Assembly (NCBI RefSeq): GCF_004010195.1
Contig: NC_057718.1
Coordinates: forward strand, 101,821,908-101,882,514
Length of the DNA: 60,607 bases
Direction: 5' to 3'
Source: Chiloscyllium plagiosum
Taxonomy: Eukaryota
Both the position numbers and the translations under genes were made by a program. Positions 13,331-27,353 of this stretch are shown in pieces (position 1 is the stretch's first letter; the number at the start of each line of letters is the position of its first letter). Under the pieces are notes generated by a model. That model saw nothing but the letters and a program-made list of their open reading frames with translations, had not been told where the DNA came from and searched no databases.

Positions 13331-13831
13331 ACAGTTGCTGTTTGATTTACAGTACATTTGCTTTGCACAAAGAGAAAGCTGCAGCCTTTGAGATTTTGCT
13401 GGATTAGTACATTAGTTGCCAAATAAACTCTCCATAAAAAAGTTAGGGCTGGGGAGTAACATTGTCTTATCAGTATGGATGTTTACAATCATTAATGCAG
13501 CGTCAATGAATCTCTCTGCAGTTATCAATTTGCACTTACAGCTAGCTACAGCACAAATTACACATGAGCTGCAGGATGTAGGGTGAAGTCGAAGAGTGCA
13601 CAATGTGAGATGGCCCATTTATGCAAGATTTGGCTCACTAAAATTGGATCATTTAAAAAATTTCCTGTTACGTTTTCATTTTATAACTCAATACAGCATG
13701 TGAGAATCTGAATATTTGGGTTTTTTCCAAAATAAATATTTGAATAACATAAACATTGTCTAAAAATTATAGAAGCATTCAGTAATCCAAGTGTAAATGA
13801 AGACTTGGACAGAATTCCATTAACAGTTTCA

Positions 13832-14400
13832 TATGAACATAGTGGCAGATGTAGGCCTTTCAGCCCCTTAAATATGCTTTTCCATTCTAGATTATTGATG
13901 GTCAATGTCATATTCTCATGCCATCCCTATACCTTGATGTCATTAATAATAGCAATCTCTTGCTGTCTTGGACTGATTCAATAACTGAGGTTGCACAATC
14001 CTCCGGGGTAGAAAATGCCACGGATTCACTACTCTCAGTGATGAGGTTCCTCCTCATCGGAGCCCTAGATGGCTTGCCTTTTATTATCAGACTCTCGCCG
14101 CCAGCTCTAAACTCCACAACCAGGTGAAACACCTTTTCTATATCCACCCTGTCTATCACTAAGAATGTTTAAAGTTTCTATGAGATGATCTTTAATTCTA
14201 GAAAATGAAGACCTAGTCTTCTCATAGGAAGTCTAGCTATCCATTCGAGTGCATTACCACCAATGCACTTTAATTTTATTAGGATAAAATGTGGGATTTT
14301 ATCAAAAAGTCTTCTGAAAATCCAAATACACCATTGGTTCCTCCCAACTGATTCTTCTCATAACAAACTCAGGTTTATTAATTAATCATTTCTCATTGCA
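13832..14400 (-). mobile_element. Old CR1 LINE 3' fragment
   Basis: ORF 13908..14159 DRVDIEKVFHLV..MRRN resembles the CR1 C-terminus. Confidence 0.7.
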
Positions 14401-15137
14401 TAATATTATATCCAAAATAGTCTGTTCCCTGGTTGGTTCCTCAACATATTGTTTAGTAATATCACTTCAGTATTAAAAAGCAGGGAAAAATGTCAATGCA
14501 TGGATTTGACAGACAAGAATACTATCTACAAATTGAATTTTTTCTTTAAAAGCAACTACTTTTATCCTCAAAACAAAATCTTTAACCGAACATTCAAAAT
14601 TGGTTGCAGATATTATGTCTCTGTGTGCAAGACTTAGGATTACTGGATCCATTTCATCTTTGTCACATTTGCTTTTATGCAAAACAGTTCAGAACGAAAT
14701 ACAGAACTCTAAGTAAAAACAGAGATCTGCGATCATCTACCACTTGCAGAAACTTCTTTCAAAAGCAGTTCTCACCCAGAATGAGCCAGTAGGTGACAAG
14801 CTGCAAATCTTGAGGACAAGAAAGCAGAATCACTGGGAACTTGGTCAAAAGCAGAAGGGAGGAGGAGATATAAGCCAGAGTGGACTTCATAATGATGCTG
14901 CTGTCAATGAGCTCCAGCAAATTTATTACAGTACTAAGCAAAGATTTAAACTAAGTGGGACAATATTATGTACATCAACTGGCCTAGTAAGAAGTCTGAA
15001 ACCAAAACACAGTTTCAAAAGAAGGTCCAGACTTGCAATTACTCACCAAACATTACAACTTTAACACATCTCCATGATGTTTACTTGTTTCCCAACTAAC
15101 AGCCGCTTTAGGGCTTATAGGGAGTAATACCTTAAAG

Positions 15138-15470
15138 TCATAAGACATAGGAACAGGTATGGGTCGCTCAGGCCCTCAAGCCTACTCCAAATCAATAGGA
15201 TCACAGCTGATCTGATCCTCATGTCCATTTTCCTGCCCTTTCCCCATAACTCTCTATTCCCTGACTGATCAAGAATCTATCTTATCCTTAAATATACACA
15301 AGGACTTCACTTTTGTGGTTCACTGTAGCAAAGAGTTCCAAAGACACACAATCCAAAGAAAAAATTCTTCCTTAACTGTCTGAACTTGGTACCCCTTATT
15401 TCCAAGATGAAGGTCATGGCATTTTTTTTAAACTGTATTTCAAACATTGAACACCTGCAGTATTCAAGCA
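15138..15470 (-). mobile_element. CR1 LINE 3' fragment
   Basis: cataagacataggaacagg terminus; similar to the 12560 copy. Confidence 0.7.
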
Positions 15471-15899
15471 GCATACCAATCAAACTTTGTCCAGACATTC
15501 ATATATAATCATCTATCAATGTGAATTCAGTAAATAAAATGAGACAGCTGAATGAATGAAAGAGATGAAATTAAAGTATGTCAGATGCTGGTATACACAG
15601 GGTCTTCTCATCTTGGCAAATGTCAAAACAAATAGGAGTTCTACTTCATCATGAAAACAGTGGTAGGCAGGTAATCTGCATCAAACAAAAAGCAATAATT
15701 GTTTCATTGGAAGTATGAGACCAATCTGTAGTTTGAAAAGTAGGTTTTTGATCACATGCACATTTCAGACCAAGTTTAAACAAAAACAAACTGAAGACTA
15801 AAACCACTGGCTTAGGAAGGACATGTATTACTTGTACTAAAAAAAGCCTGCCTGATTTAAAATATGATCCCACTTTCACAGATGTTACAAAATAAGTGT

Positions 15900-16212
15900 A
15901 GATTAGATTACCTACAGATTAGATTACCTACAGTGTGGAAACAGGCCCTTCGGCCCAACAAGTCCACACCGACCCGCCGAAGTGCAACCCACCCATACCC
16001 CTACACCTAACACTACGGGCAATTTAGCATGGCCAATTCACCTGACCTGCACATCTTTGGACTGTGGGAGGAAATCGGAGCACCCGGAGAAAACCCACGC
16101 AGACACGGGGAGAATGTGCAAACTCCACAGTCAGTCGCCTGAGGCAGGAAATGAACCCGGGTCTCTGGCGCTGTGAGGCAGCAGTGCTAACCACTGTGTC
16201 ACCGCGCCGCCC
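15900..16212 (-). mobile_element. HE1-type V-SINE, full length
   Basis: Head gggcggcgcggtg, V-domain, tail with duplicated agattagattacctac. Confidence 0.93.
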
Positions 16213-19200
16213 ACCAAAGTGGAGTGGACAAAAATCTCAAACTAGTGAACTGCTGATGAACCACCACAATGACTGATGATATTCTCTGCGCCTGTTAATG
16301 GACTGCTATCAGATACGGTTACAGCATCTCAACACTCATTACAAATGGGATTTTTAAAAAAAACATTTCATATTAAGAAAATGAGATCAATGATATAGCA
16401 CCGAAAGCCTAGGAAAACATATTTTCATTACATGCCTTTTACCTTTACCAATGCTTTAGGCTATATCACCCTCATTTATCACAGGAACCCATTAGAGAAT
16501 CTGTTTGAAGTTTAGATGAGAAAAACTCAAACATTTCTGTAAATAGCTCACCGCATAAAAGCAGATGCTGCGATTTTAAAACCACACCAGTATCAATTAT
16601 ACTTTAAAATGTATGTGATTTTAAGAAGCAGCTGTAGCATCTAAAAATCCATCGGCAAATGTAAAAGAAGTTACTGAAGTAACACAGGAAAATTACATAC
16701 TAAAAACCTTAAATCTGGTTAATATATTTTCTGATCTTTTAACTGCAGTAATTTGCAAACAAAATATTCATACAAAATGTTTTTCTAGAAGCTTTTACAC
16801 AAGATTAAATTTTTTCCCAGGGTTAACGATGTTTTATATCCAATAATTCAACACCCAAATTAAAAACATTGTTTAAAAAAAAATCAATGGATGGTGAGAT
16901 TTCTTAACAGATACACTTTTAAACACATCAAATGTGTGGCATTTAGCAATCATTAGGTAGCTTTATGTTTAACCCCACAACAAGCTGAGAATTCCCATGC
17001 TAGCCTTGCATAAGTCAGCCACAAAGATATTTGAAGGGGGTCACATATTTAAAACAAAATTGCCGTAAACACAATAAAAATTTTGCAAGATGTCAGACAT
17101 TTTCCTAATATCAGCATATCTTGTGAAGTATACCACTGGATAATGGAATGCACAAAATTAAATATTTACTTATTTTTAGAAACTAGGTCTCATTTGGTGT
17201 CAGAATTTCTGACAAAAGTTTACCAGCCTGACATGTAAACCAGGTCCTCTCCATGATTGCGGCTAGACCAGATAACTATTTCCAGCAACTGTCTTTAATT
17301 TCAGTTTCCTAGCATTTGCAGTGTTTTACATCCATCTCTTATCTGGTCAAACCTTTCTCTTGAAGTTGAAACAAATTCACAATGCACATCTGTTTCACTA
17401 ATTAACAGCCCTTGGGGTAATATGGGACGAGTGGGTGTTCATAATAAGAAACAAATTGAAGGAATGGAGGTGGTGGTTTTTAACCTACATAATTGACACC
17501 CACTCAGACGTCTACATAAAATGAACTTTACCCTGTTATAAAATAAGATCAGTGGCAAAGAAGCTGCCCCCGCAAGTTATTAGGCAAACCTTTCTTCATT
17601 ATAAGTAGTCTGGAGCAATCTGAATAAATTCATGTTATTATCTTAAATAGGTTATCAGTTGGGAACTGCTGCATTAACATGAAAGCATATACCCTCTCCT
17701 CCCAAAGCTACAAGCAAGAAAATTCAATAAATTTCTGAGTCAACCGGAAGGAAGGGCTCAGTCCAGTACGGTGAAGGAGGAAGCAATGGACCATTTGCTC
17801 TGAATCACAATCTCAATACACAGGCAGTGCGTTACAAATGAACTAAGAAAAGGGCAAGTCAGATGAATTTTCATCACTGTGGGAAAATCAAAAAGTTAAA
17901 GTGAATGGATTATATTGGAAAAAGCCATTTGTAAACAAACAGTGAAACAACTGGTGGAACAGACTTAGAATTTAGTTATTATATACACATTATTCCTGAT
18001 AGGATGTGGTGATGTCAATGAGTAAGAAGCTTTAGAACTGGTTCTGAAAGGTCACTGGACTCTAAACATTAACTCTGCTTTCTCTCCACAGATGCTGCCA
18101 GACTGACTGAGTTGCTCCAGCAATTTCATTTTTGTTACAAATACTTTAGAAATGTATTTTCTATTTGTAAGAGTCAAAATGCAAGCAAAAAAGAACAATG
18201 GAATAATGACTACATAAATGGTTCCAATAATGCTAACTGAGTGATAAATATTGGTTAAGACACCAAAATGAGCTTCCCACTTCTTCAAGCTTAATGATAT
18301 GGAATCTTTTACATCAACCCAAGGTGACTAATGAGGCCTCAATTTAACATCTCATCCAAAAGATTGTAGCTCCAATAGCTGAACTCGAATCAAATGCTTA
18401 TTTTGCATGGAGGGTTGCTCAATAAAACTGACCATCCATCCTGATTCCATCAAGTTACAAAAATTATTTATTAAAAACCATTTCATCTACAACACTGGCT
18501 CCATCAATTTATCTGATGCTCACCAAATCAGCATCAATTGATTATTAAACCTCAGAATGCAGGTTGCTCATCTGATTTGTTTTATAATATATCTGGTGAG
18601 AGGACTTCAAGATCCTTATCTTCACTTTTAGTTCCAAAGCTTATTTCATTCAAGCTTAACTCAGCTATTTGTCCCAACATGCAGCCTCTACCTCTCAGCT
18701 TCCATTGCTCAATGGCCATTAGTCCTTTATACTTTAGAATGTGATCTCTAAATTGCTCTGTTCTGTCATCCTTTGAAAACCTTTGGTTTCACTGTGCCCG
18801 AGATCCATAACCGTTTCAATATCCTTTCAAATTGAGTCGACCTTTAGAAATACAAATAAAATCTCTTGCATTTGCATAAATCCTTGTTATGTATATTCTA
18901 CAATACACAGAGCATTTGGCTCAACTTATCCTTGCCACATTTTACATTTCTCACAGTTCTCCTATCACCCTTCCCCAACTATCAGACACGCCCCCCCCCC
19001 CCCCCCCCACGCTCACCCGCTTGCTTCCCATTTCCAACATCCTTTAATCATCATCCTTTAGATGGTTCTATAATATTCGACTCAATTACTGCCTGTGCTA
19101 TCAATTTGCACACTATCACCATTCTCAAGTAAACTTCTTCTGGTGATTTCTTGACTATGTTCTATTGATCATTTCCAGTTCTGTTCTATTATCTCATTGT

Positions 19201-19740
19201 GCTTTGTATGGTATGATCTGCCTGTACTCACGCAAAACAAAAAACTTTTCACTGTACCTGTGACAATAATGAAATCAAAAAACCTCATGCATGGTCTACT
19301 CCAGCAAAACATTGTGTGCATCTTTAAAAATCACAGTATCTCACAGCCTTCTCTAGAAATAAGCAAACTAGACTGCCCATCCCCACAAACACATTCACAT
19401 CTAAGTTTGGTATCATCAATTTAAATCTTTTTTGCATCCTCGCCACTGTCCCTATATCTATGTTGGTAATATAAGGAACAAAATGGTGCACAGGACTCTG
19501 TGATCTAACCAAGTTTCTATGCAAGTTTTTTTATAATTCATCAAATTGCACTGTTGTGATATAGGAAAAGGAGGTAGCCAATTTGCACACAACTTTCTCC
19601 AATAGAAATATAAAAAAGGCCAGCCAATCAACATCACATAGTAGACTAAGGGATTAACACTGGCCAAAGCGTCAAGGAGAACGTTGCTGGCTGTTCCTTC
19701 TTGGTGCCATGGGATCTTTAACATTCACCCGCAAGGAATA

Positions 19741-21800
19741 ACCACCTCAACCTGTCGACCCCCCTCCCCCACTCCAACCTCTCACCCTCACAACGCGCAG
19801 CCCTCCAATCCCTCTGCTCTAATCCCAACCTCACCATTAAGCCAGCGGATAAAGGGGGCGCAGTGGTAGTCTGGCGTACTGACCTCCACGCCGCTGAAGC
19901 CAAACGCCAACTCGAGGACACCTCCTCCTCCTCCCCCTCGACCATGACCCCACCCCCCTTCACCAAACCATCATCTCCCAGACCATACAGAACCTCATCA
20001 CCTCAGGAGATCTCCCATCCACAGCTTCCAACCTCCTAGTCCGGGAACCCCACACTGCCCGGTTCTACCTCCTTCCCAAGATCCACAAGCCTGACCACCC
20101 TGGCCGACCCATTGTCTCAGCATGCTCCTGCCCCACTGAACTCAACTCTACCTACCTCGACACTGTCCTATCCCCCCTAGTCCAGGAACCCCCCACATAC
20201 GTTNNNNNNNNNNNNNNNNNNNNNNNNNNNNNNNNNNNNNNNNNNNNNNNNNNNNNNNNNNNNNNNNNNNNNNNNNNNNNNNNNNNNNNNNNNNNNNNNN
20301 NNNNNNNNNNNNNNNNNNNNNNNNNNNNNNNNNNNNNNNNNNNNNNNNNNNNNNNNNNNNNNNNNNNNNNNNNNNNNNNNNNNNNNNNNNNNNNNNNNNN
20401 NNNNNNNNNNNNNNNNNNNNNNNNNNNNNNNNNNNNNNNNNNNNNNNNNNNNNNNNNNNNNNNNNNNNNNNNNNNNNNNNNNNNNNNNNNNNNNNNNNNN
20501 NNNNNNNNNNNNNNNNNNNNNNNNNNNNNNNNNNNNNNNNNNNNNNNNNNNNNNNNNNNNNNNNNNNNNNNNNNNNNNNNNNNNNNNNNNNNNNNNNNNN
20601 NNNNNNNNNNNNNNNNNNNNNNNNNNNNNNNNNNNNNNNNNNNNNNNNNNNNNNNNNNNNNNNNNNNNNNNNNNNNNNNNNNNNNNNNNNNNNNNNNNNN
20701 NNNNNNNNNNNNNNNNNNNNNNNNNNNNNNNNNNNNNNNNNNNNNNNNNNNNNNNNNNNNNNNNNNNNNNNNNNNNNNNNNNNNNNNNNNNNNNNNNNNN
20801 NNNNNNNNNNNNNNNNNNNNNNNNNNNNNNNNNNNNNNNNNNNNNNNNNNNNNNNNNNNNNNNNNNNNNNNNNNNNNNNNNNNNNNNNNNNNNNNNNNNN
20901 NNNNNNNNNNNNNNNNNNNNNNNNNNNNNNNNNNNNCAGGAACTGTAAAACCTGCGCCCACACCTCCTCCCTCACCTCTATCCAAGGCCCTAAAGGAGCC
21001 TTCCACATCCATCAAAGTTTTACTTGCACATCCACTAATATCATTTATTGTATCCGATGCGGTCTCCTCTACATTGGGGAGACTGGGCGCCTCCTAGCAG
21101 AGCGCTTTAGGGAACATCTCCGAGACACGTGCACCAATCAACCAAACCCCCCCGTGGCACAACATTTCAACTCCCCCTCCCACTCTGCCGAGGACATGGA
21201 GGTCCTGGGCCTCCTTCCCCGTAGCTCCCTCACCACCAGACGCCTGGAGGAAGAACGCCTCATCTTCCACCTTGGAACACTTCAACCCCAGGGCATCAAT
21301 CGCCGCTCCCTCACCACCAGACGCATGGAAGAAGAAAGCCTCATCTTCCGCCTCAGAACACTTCAACCCCAGGGCATCGATGTGGGCTTCAACAGCTTCC
21401 TCATTTCCCCTTCCCTCACCTCATCCTAGTTTCTAACCTCCAGCACCCCCATCTCATCCTAGTTTCAAACCTCCAGCTCAGCACTGTCCCTTGTCTTGTC
21501 CGGACTTGAACGACCTGCCTAGCTCCTTTTCCACCTATCCACACCACCCTCTCCTCCCTGACCTATCGCCTTCATCTCCTCCCCCACTGGCCTGTTGTGC
21601 TCTGTGCTGCTCTCTCCCCACCCCCACCCTCCTCTAGCTTATCTCTCCAAGCTTCAGGCTCACTGCCTTTATTCCTGATGAAGGGCTTTTGCCCGAAACG
21701 TCCATTTTGAAGCTCCTCGGATGCTGCCTGAACTGCTGTGCTCTTCCAGCACCACTGATCCAGAATCTGGTTTCCAGCATCTGCAGTCATTGTTTTTACC
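19741..21800 (+). mobile_element. Penelope-like retroelement (Neptune-like), 5'-truncated and degenerate: RT N-terminal part, gap, CxxC + GIY-YIG endonuclease, 3' terminal repeat
   Basis: Translates to IKPADKGGAVVVW and FYLLPKIHKPDHPGRPIVS before the gap; CKTC, IIYCIRC, LYIGETGRLLAERFREH after it; 3' repeat with CTGATGAAGGGCTTTTGCCCGAAACGTC at 21675-21702. Confidence 0.9.
20204..20936. other. Assembly gap (733 N)
   Basis: Run of N inside the Penelope-like element. Confidence 1.
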
Positions 21801-22105
21801 TTGTCAGTTTAATATAACAACTGGAAAAATAAAAAAAGCTGGATGGCTTTTATTTGGAAACTTAGAAATTCTGATGAAAGATCATCTCGATCTGAAATAT
21901 TAAACTTTGTTTCTCTCCCAACAGGTGCTGCCAGACCTACTGTCTAGTTTCAGAAACCTTTGTCTTTATTTCAGGTATCCGTATTGCAGTATTTTACTTT
22001 TATATAAAACAAAGCTGATTAACAACTACTGATACAAGATTCTCTAGACATTTTTCTCTAAGCTAATCAAAAATTCATAAATGAAGCAATTTATCAAATT
22101 TATGC

Positions 22106-22326
22106 AAAAACAGAAGTAGTTGCTGGAAGAGCTCAGCAGGTCTGGCAGTATCAGTGAAGAGAAATCAGAGTTAACGTTTTAGGTGCTCAGAACCATTCTG
22201 AGGAAGGGTCACTGGACCAGAAATGTTAACTCTGATTTCTCTTCACCGACGCTGCCAGACCTGCTGAGACTTTCCAGCAACTTCTGTTTTGTTTCCAATT
22301 TACAGCATCTGCAGTTCTTTGGGTTT
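22106..22326 (+). mobile_element. Old Penelope-derived hairpin element
   Basis: Inverted arms (aaaacagaag...ttaacgttt / aaatgttaac...cttctgtttt), degenerate CTGAGGA...GAAA core, cagcatctgcag tail; flanks ttatcaaatttatgc / ttattaaattaaagc resemble a decayed TSD. Confidence 0.75.
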
Positions 22327-22584
22327 TATTAAATTAAAGCTTGAATGAAAATATCAGAAACAAGCAGTGTGCACCCTGAGGTTAAACATTTCACATCCGA
22401 AGCCATAATTTCTATTAATCCATGAAGCACATCTTATATGCAGTCATTGACTCAACAACTAGTTTTAATTTTCTCTTGACAAATAATTACCATTTCAATT
22501 AGCAACACAGTAGATAATGGGGGTACTGTAAATTGCATTGTAATGTTTTCTCACCATCCCTCCCCTCAAAAAATGTTGCATTTG

Positions 22585-22935
22585 TCTTGGCTCAGTGAAA
22601 TCTAACATATGAATGAGAAGGTAGTGAATTCACATCCAGTTCAATAGTCTCACATACATGACCTAAGCTGACAATGCACTATAGTACCAAAGGAATGTTC
22701 AACTGGTGGGAGGTATCAATCTTTTAATGAGACTTTAAACTGAGGCTTCATTTACCCTCTGAGGTGGATGTAAAAGATCCCACACCATAATTCAAAATAA
22801 TTTGCAAGTTCTATTTCATGGCTAATATTTTTCCCTCTAACAACATCACGAAAAATAAATGACCACCTTAATAATCTCATTGCTTTGTGGGAGCAGCCAG
22901 GTTGCCCTGCATTATAACAATGACTATAATGCATA
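22585..22935 (+). mobile_element. Deu-domain SINE (SacSINE1/AmnSINE-like), old
   Basis: atgagactttaaactgaggc...ccctctgaggtggatgtaaaagatccca resembles the recalled Deu domain; inverse copies at ~18235-18410 and ~19700-19730. Confidence 0.6.
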
Positions 22936-25041
22936 GGCACTACATTGACCAGAAAATAAATCTGAAAGGATTTACTTCTGGTGACTTTCAACCACTCCAG
23001 CAATGCACAAAAGTTTGCAGTGGGGGGACAGTTTGGCATGCAGAGAATGGAAAGGCTATTGGGACTCAGTTAGAAACAAAGTTAGGAATGGCCAAAGTAA
23101 TATACTTTGTGCAATTTTTCCAGCAAGAAGGTTCTGATGGAGAGGGTGTATGGACTGTATGGTTGAAGAACCGCACTTGGGAAAGCATTTCAATAGGTCT
23201 TAACTATGCAAGTGTACAATTAAGATGACAGTTTTGGATTCAATAGAGATTAGTGCAGTAACACTTATGCTTGGTAAATAGAGCAGGACAATATTACTTT
23301 CTAAATAGCTGGAGCAAAACTATATTTGCTTGTGTTGCATTGATTGATAGTCGAGATAACTTTTTGGATTCCATCTCTTGCATGCAAAAGTGAATGGCAA
23401 TTATAAATGAATACTTGGAGATTGGATTTATTTTTCTATAGTTTGGTCATGGGAAATGGGTGTTGTTAGCTAAACCAGCTTTTACCGCCCATCCCTACTG
23501 CCTGAAGGTGGCAGTGAGCTGCCTTTCTCACCTGTTGTATTTCCTGCACCCACAGTATAGTTCAGAAGGGAGTTGCAAGGTTGTGACTCAGCAAGTGAGG
23601 GAATGGCTTGGATGCCCTCATTCTTCCAGTTGATAGAGGTCATGAGTTTGGAAGGAGCCCTGGTGACTTCACGCAATGCAACTCATACAGGGTACACACT
23701 GCTGCCACTATGCATTCATGGTGAAGGGAGTATGTTAAAGGGTGAGGTTAAAAAAAAACACAAGTAGGTTGCATCATATTCCTGACTTGTGCCTTAGAGA
23801 TGTTGGGCAGGCACTAGGAAGATAGAAGATAAGTTGTTGCTCCCTACTGGACTTCTAGCTTTACATGAATGACCAAAAACTGAACTGGACCAACAGTAAA
23901 CCCACGACGACAAGAGTCTGGGATTCAGTGATAGTAATAATACCATTGAACATCAGTAGCAAATGGATAGATTCTTCCTTGTTGGAGATAGTGCTTGCTT
24001 AGCACTTGTGTGGTGTGAATGCTACCTTATGAGTGCTGTGAGGCTAATAACAACAAAAAAAAAACAATATCAATATTATGTAACGTGGCTTGGGAAATGG
24101 CTTTCAATGTCAGAGGTAACAGCCTTGGTTTTAAAAATGAAATTATTCATGGAGTGGGGGGGGGTGAGGGCACCATGAGAAGGCAGTGGTGAGCTGCTTT
24201 CTTGAACTACTGCAATCCATATGCTGTAGGGAGATTCACAATGCTCTTAGGGAGAGTATTCCAGCATGTTGATCCAGCGACAGTATAGCTGATTTCCAAG
24301 TCAGGGTGGCATTGTAACAGGCAATGCTGGCAGTTTAGTTCTCTCTGGTGCTCTTCCAAATTATTGAATTAGATAGATTTCAAAAGAAAACCAGCATCTC
24401 AATGCAATGAACTTAGAATAATACTGAAAAAGCATAAAGCTTATGTTTGAATTGAACAGTCCAGAATTGATAAAATAAGCAGATTGTGGATGGAATTTGA
24501 TGCAGACATCCAGAGGCAACTTCTAAGGTAGGGTGGCCGGTTGGACATAGAAGAGTATGGGTTGGGGGTCAACTTGCCTCCTCATCTGTTTATGTTCTGT
24601 GCAGGAAGACTTCTGGGTAACCTTCCAAACCAGATACTAACTGAAGCCCTTAAGTGGAAAGGTAATACCCACTGAAAAGCCTTATGCTACCATTGCTGGC
24701 ATTCAGTCAGTGGGAGGTAAAGTACTCACCGTGTGGGGAGACTGAAAAGCATACCCATCTGTGAGGGACAAAACAGGGCGTAGTCCTTGTTCACACCACA
24801 TCCAATCGAGGGGCCCAGCATTACTAAAGCGAGAAAGCATCATCCTCTGTCCTTTCCACTCAACCCCTCCACCACAACATAGCTGAGAAACAGCATGGAG
24901 GCTTTCTCTAGGGATTCTGCGGTAAACTCTGGTGAATGTGCAAAGTGAATTATCATTGGAAGCAACTAATCTTTGAGTGACCATTCCTTGGCCGTTTGGT
25001 GAGGTTGAGGTGTGGGAAAGAAGAAATTTCCAGCCTATTGG

Positions 25042-25043
<2 letters not shown>

Positions 25044-25076
<33 letters not shown>
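25044..25076. repeat. (GA)n microsatellite
   Basis: About 16 GA units. Confidence 0.95.
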
Positions 25077-25078
<2 letters not shown>

Positions 25079-25397
25079 CCCGATATTAAATGCTCTCCTG
25101 TGGAGCCATGACCCCACCAACAGGGTTCCTGCTACGAACTAAGGCCTCAATGTCCTTGGGGCTCCCGAAGATTGAGCCTCTCAGTCCTCACCAAATTCTG
25201 TCCCAAATATGTCACAAATGGGTTTCTGATAAATACCAAACCAAATGAGATTTAGTTTCACCCATCATTAGGTGCACTTCTCAAAGTTGAGCAAAATATC
25301 AACTTTTTAAAAGTTACTGTTTTCAAATTCAGTGATTTAAGCAGATTTAAAATTTTAAAATCACACTACACATGTTTAATAATGAAACATATATTAT

Positions 25398-25706
25398 GAT
25401 TAGATTAGATTCCCTGCAGTGTGGAAACAGGCCATTCAGCCCAACAAGCCCACACCGACCCTCCGAACAGTGACCCACCCAGATCAATTTCCTTCTGCCT
25501 AACTTATCTATCTCTATAGGCAATTTAGTATGGCCAATTCACATGATCTACACATCTTTGGACAGTGGGGGGAAGCTGCAGCACCCGGAGGAAACCCACG
25601 CAGACATGGGGAGACCATGCAAACTCCACACAGACAGTTGCCAGAGGGTGGAATCGAACCGGGTCCCTGGCGCTGTGAGGCAGCAGTGCTAACCACTGAG
25701 CCATCA
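25398..25706 (-). mobile_element. HE1-type V-SINE
   Basis: tggctcagtggttagcac A-box, ggttcgattcc B-box, V-domain, (TAATC)n tail. Confidence 0.9.
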
Positions 25707-25848
25707 TTGCATTTGTTGTGGTGTTCTGAGTGCTCATCTAAATTCTTCTTCGATGTGTTGAGGGTTCCTGCCTCTCATATCCTTTTAGGCAGTGTACTTA
25801 CTTTAGTAGTTCTACAAGCAATATCCAATAATTTCATGGAAGACCCAC

Positions 25849-25908
25849 CTTGAGGATATTTTGTGTTTCATTCCATTTATTTGTCCACTCTTTGGTCAGT
25901 TCCTCCAC
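25849..25908 (-). CDS. KIF16B: KIF16B exon 12 (60 nt)
   Basis: ctggcag|VEELTKEWTNKWNETQNILK|gtgggt. Confidence 0.95.
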
Positions 25909-27353
25909 CTGCCAGGCACAACAAAAGTAGTATTACAGACCCAAATAAATAAATTTCTCCGCATTTAATCTACTTTCCACAGATGCACAGCAGTTAGATG
26001 GAAAACAGGTTCATCTGGATCACTGGCTATTAAAAGAGATTCCATAGCTGCCTAGTTATTTAAGTTCACATTAGGTGGTTACTCTATCATAACAGGAGAA
26101 GTGGGCCAAGCACCCCTTGAGCACACCCCACCATTTCCTGAGACCATGTCAGATCTCATCATAACCTCAACTCTACTACCCTGTCCACACAGCCATAGCT
26201 CTTGATAAATGTTGATGTACAAGATACTTAATAATCCAGTCTCCCTTCTCTCTGGGGAACACCTCAGAGAGAAAAAAATCCTCATCTCAGTCTTAAACGG
26301 ACAATCACATTTTTGTTTGTTCTGGACTCGTGGATGTCATCTCAGCATCCATGATGACCTTGATTTACATTAAAATTTCATAAAAGCATAAACCATGGGA
26401 TAAGCACCGAAGACTCAGAAGAATGTTTCATGTGTGTCTGGACAGAGGCATAGTTGCTACTGCAAGAGTTAGGAAAATAAAATCCCAGTAACCACTCGAA
26501 TTTAAACGCAGGTTCTGGATATGGTATCATTCTGTTATCATTCTGGTTCTGAACAGGCTGCAGTTAAAAATTGTGAGTTTAAATGGCAATGCAGAAGAAA
26601 TGGAAATACTTTTTGAGATCTCCACAGTGACAAACACTTGGAATTACCACACTTCATCTAAATCGCCACACAACCCATCATTAAAAAAAAGATGCACAAC
26701 TATTAATAGAGGGCAGTTCAGCATCAACCACACTTTGTGGATTTGGAGTTACACAAAGGCTAGACTGGGTAAGGATAACAGATCCATTTCTCTATCGATC
26801 ATTAGAGATTAGCTTTCAATTTCAGATTTTTAAAAAATATACCTCAGTGCTATGGTGGGAATTGAACACAGGCTCCACAGCATTAACCAATGGAATGATT
26901 GGATCACCATGAAGGTAGATAAAATGGTGACTGATGAGTATTCAATTCAAACAGAGTTATGTTATTTATGTTGTGAACGTGCAATTCTGTGAAGTTCTCA
27001 TTGCTATTAGATGTATGCTGGCCAATTTTTTTTTTGCGAATTCATTAACTAAGAATAGTTTCTTCCACTGGCATGCTTTCTCTAACTGTTGAGACTTTTC
27101 TCTGCCAACTTGTGTTTTTTCACCTTGATGAAACAGATCTAAAACACAGCATTCAAAGATTTGCAATGAAACATTCCTAACTGAGAACCAGAGGGCACAA
27201 CCCGAGAGTGAGGGGACCACCCTTTAGAACGGAGGAGGAATTTCTTTAGCCAGAGTGTGGTGAATCTATGGTACTCATTGCCACAGAAGGCTGTGGAGGT
27301 CAAGTCATTGAGTGAATTTAAGATAGAGATAGATTGGTTACTATCAAGAACCT

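Noticed and set aside
20148..21015. The two longest ORFs (286 and 287 aa)
   Set aside because: Artefacts of translating through the N gap; the real coding remnant is on the + strand
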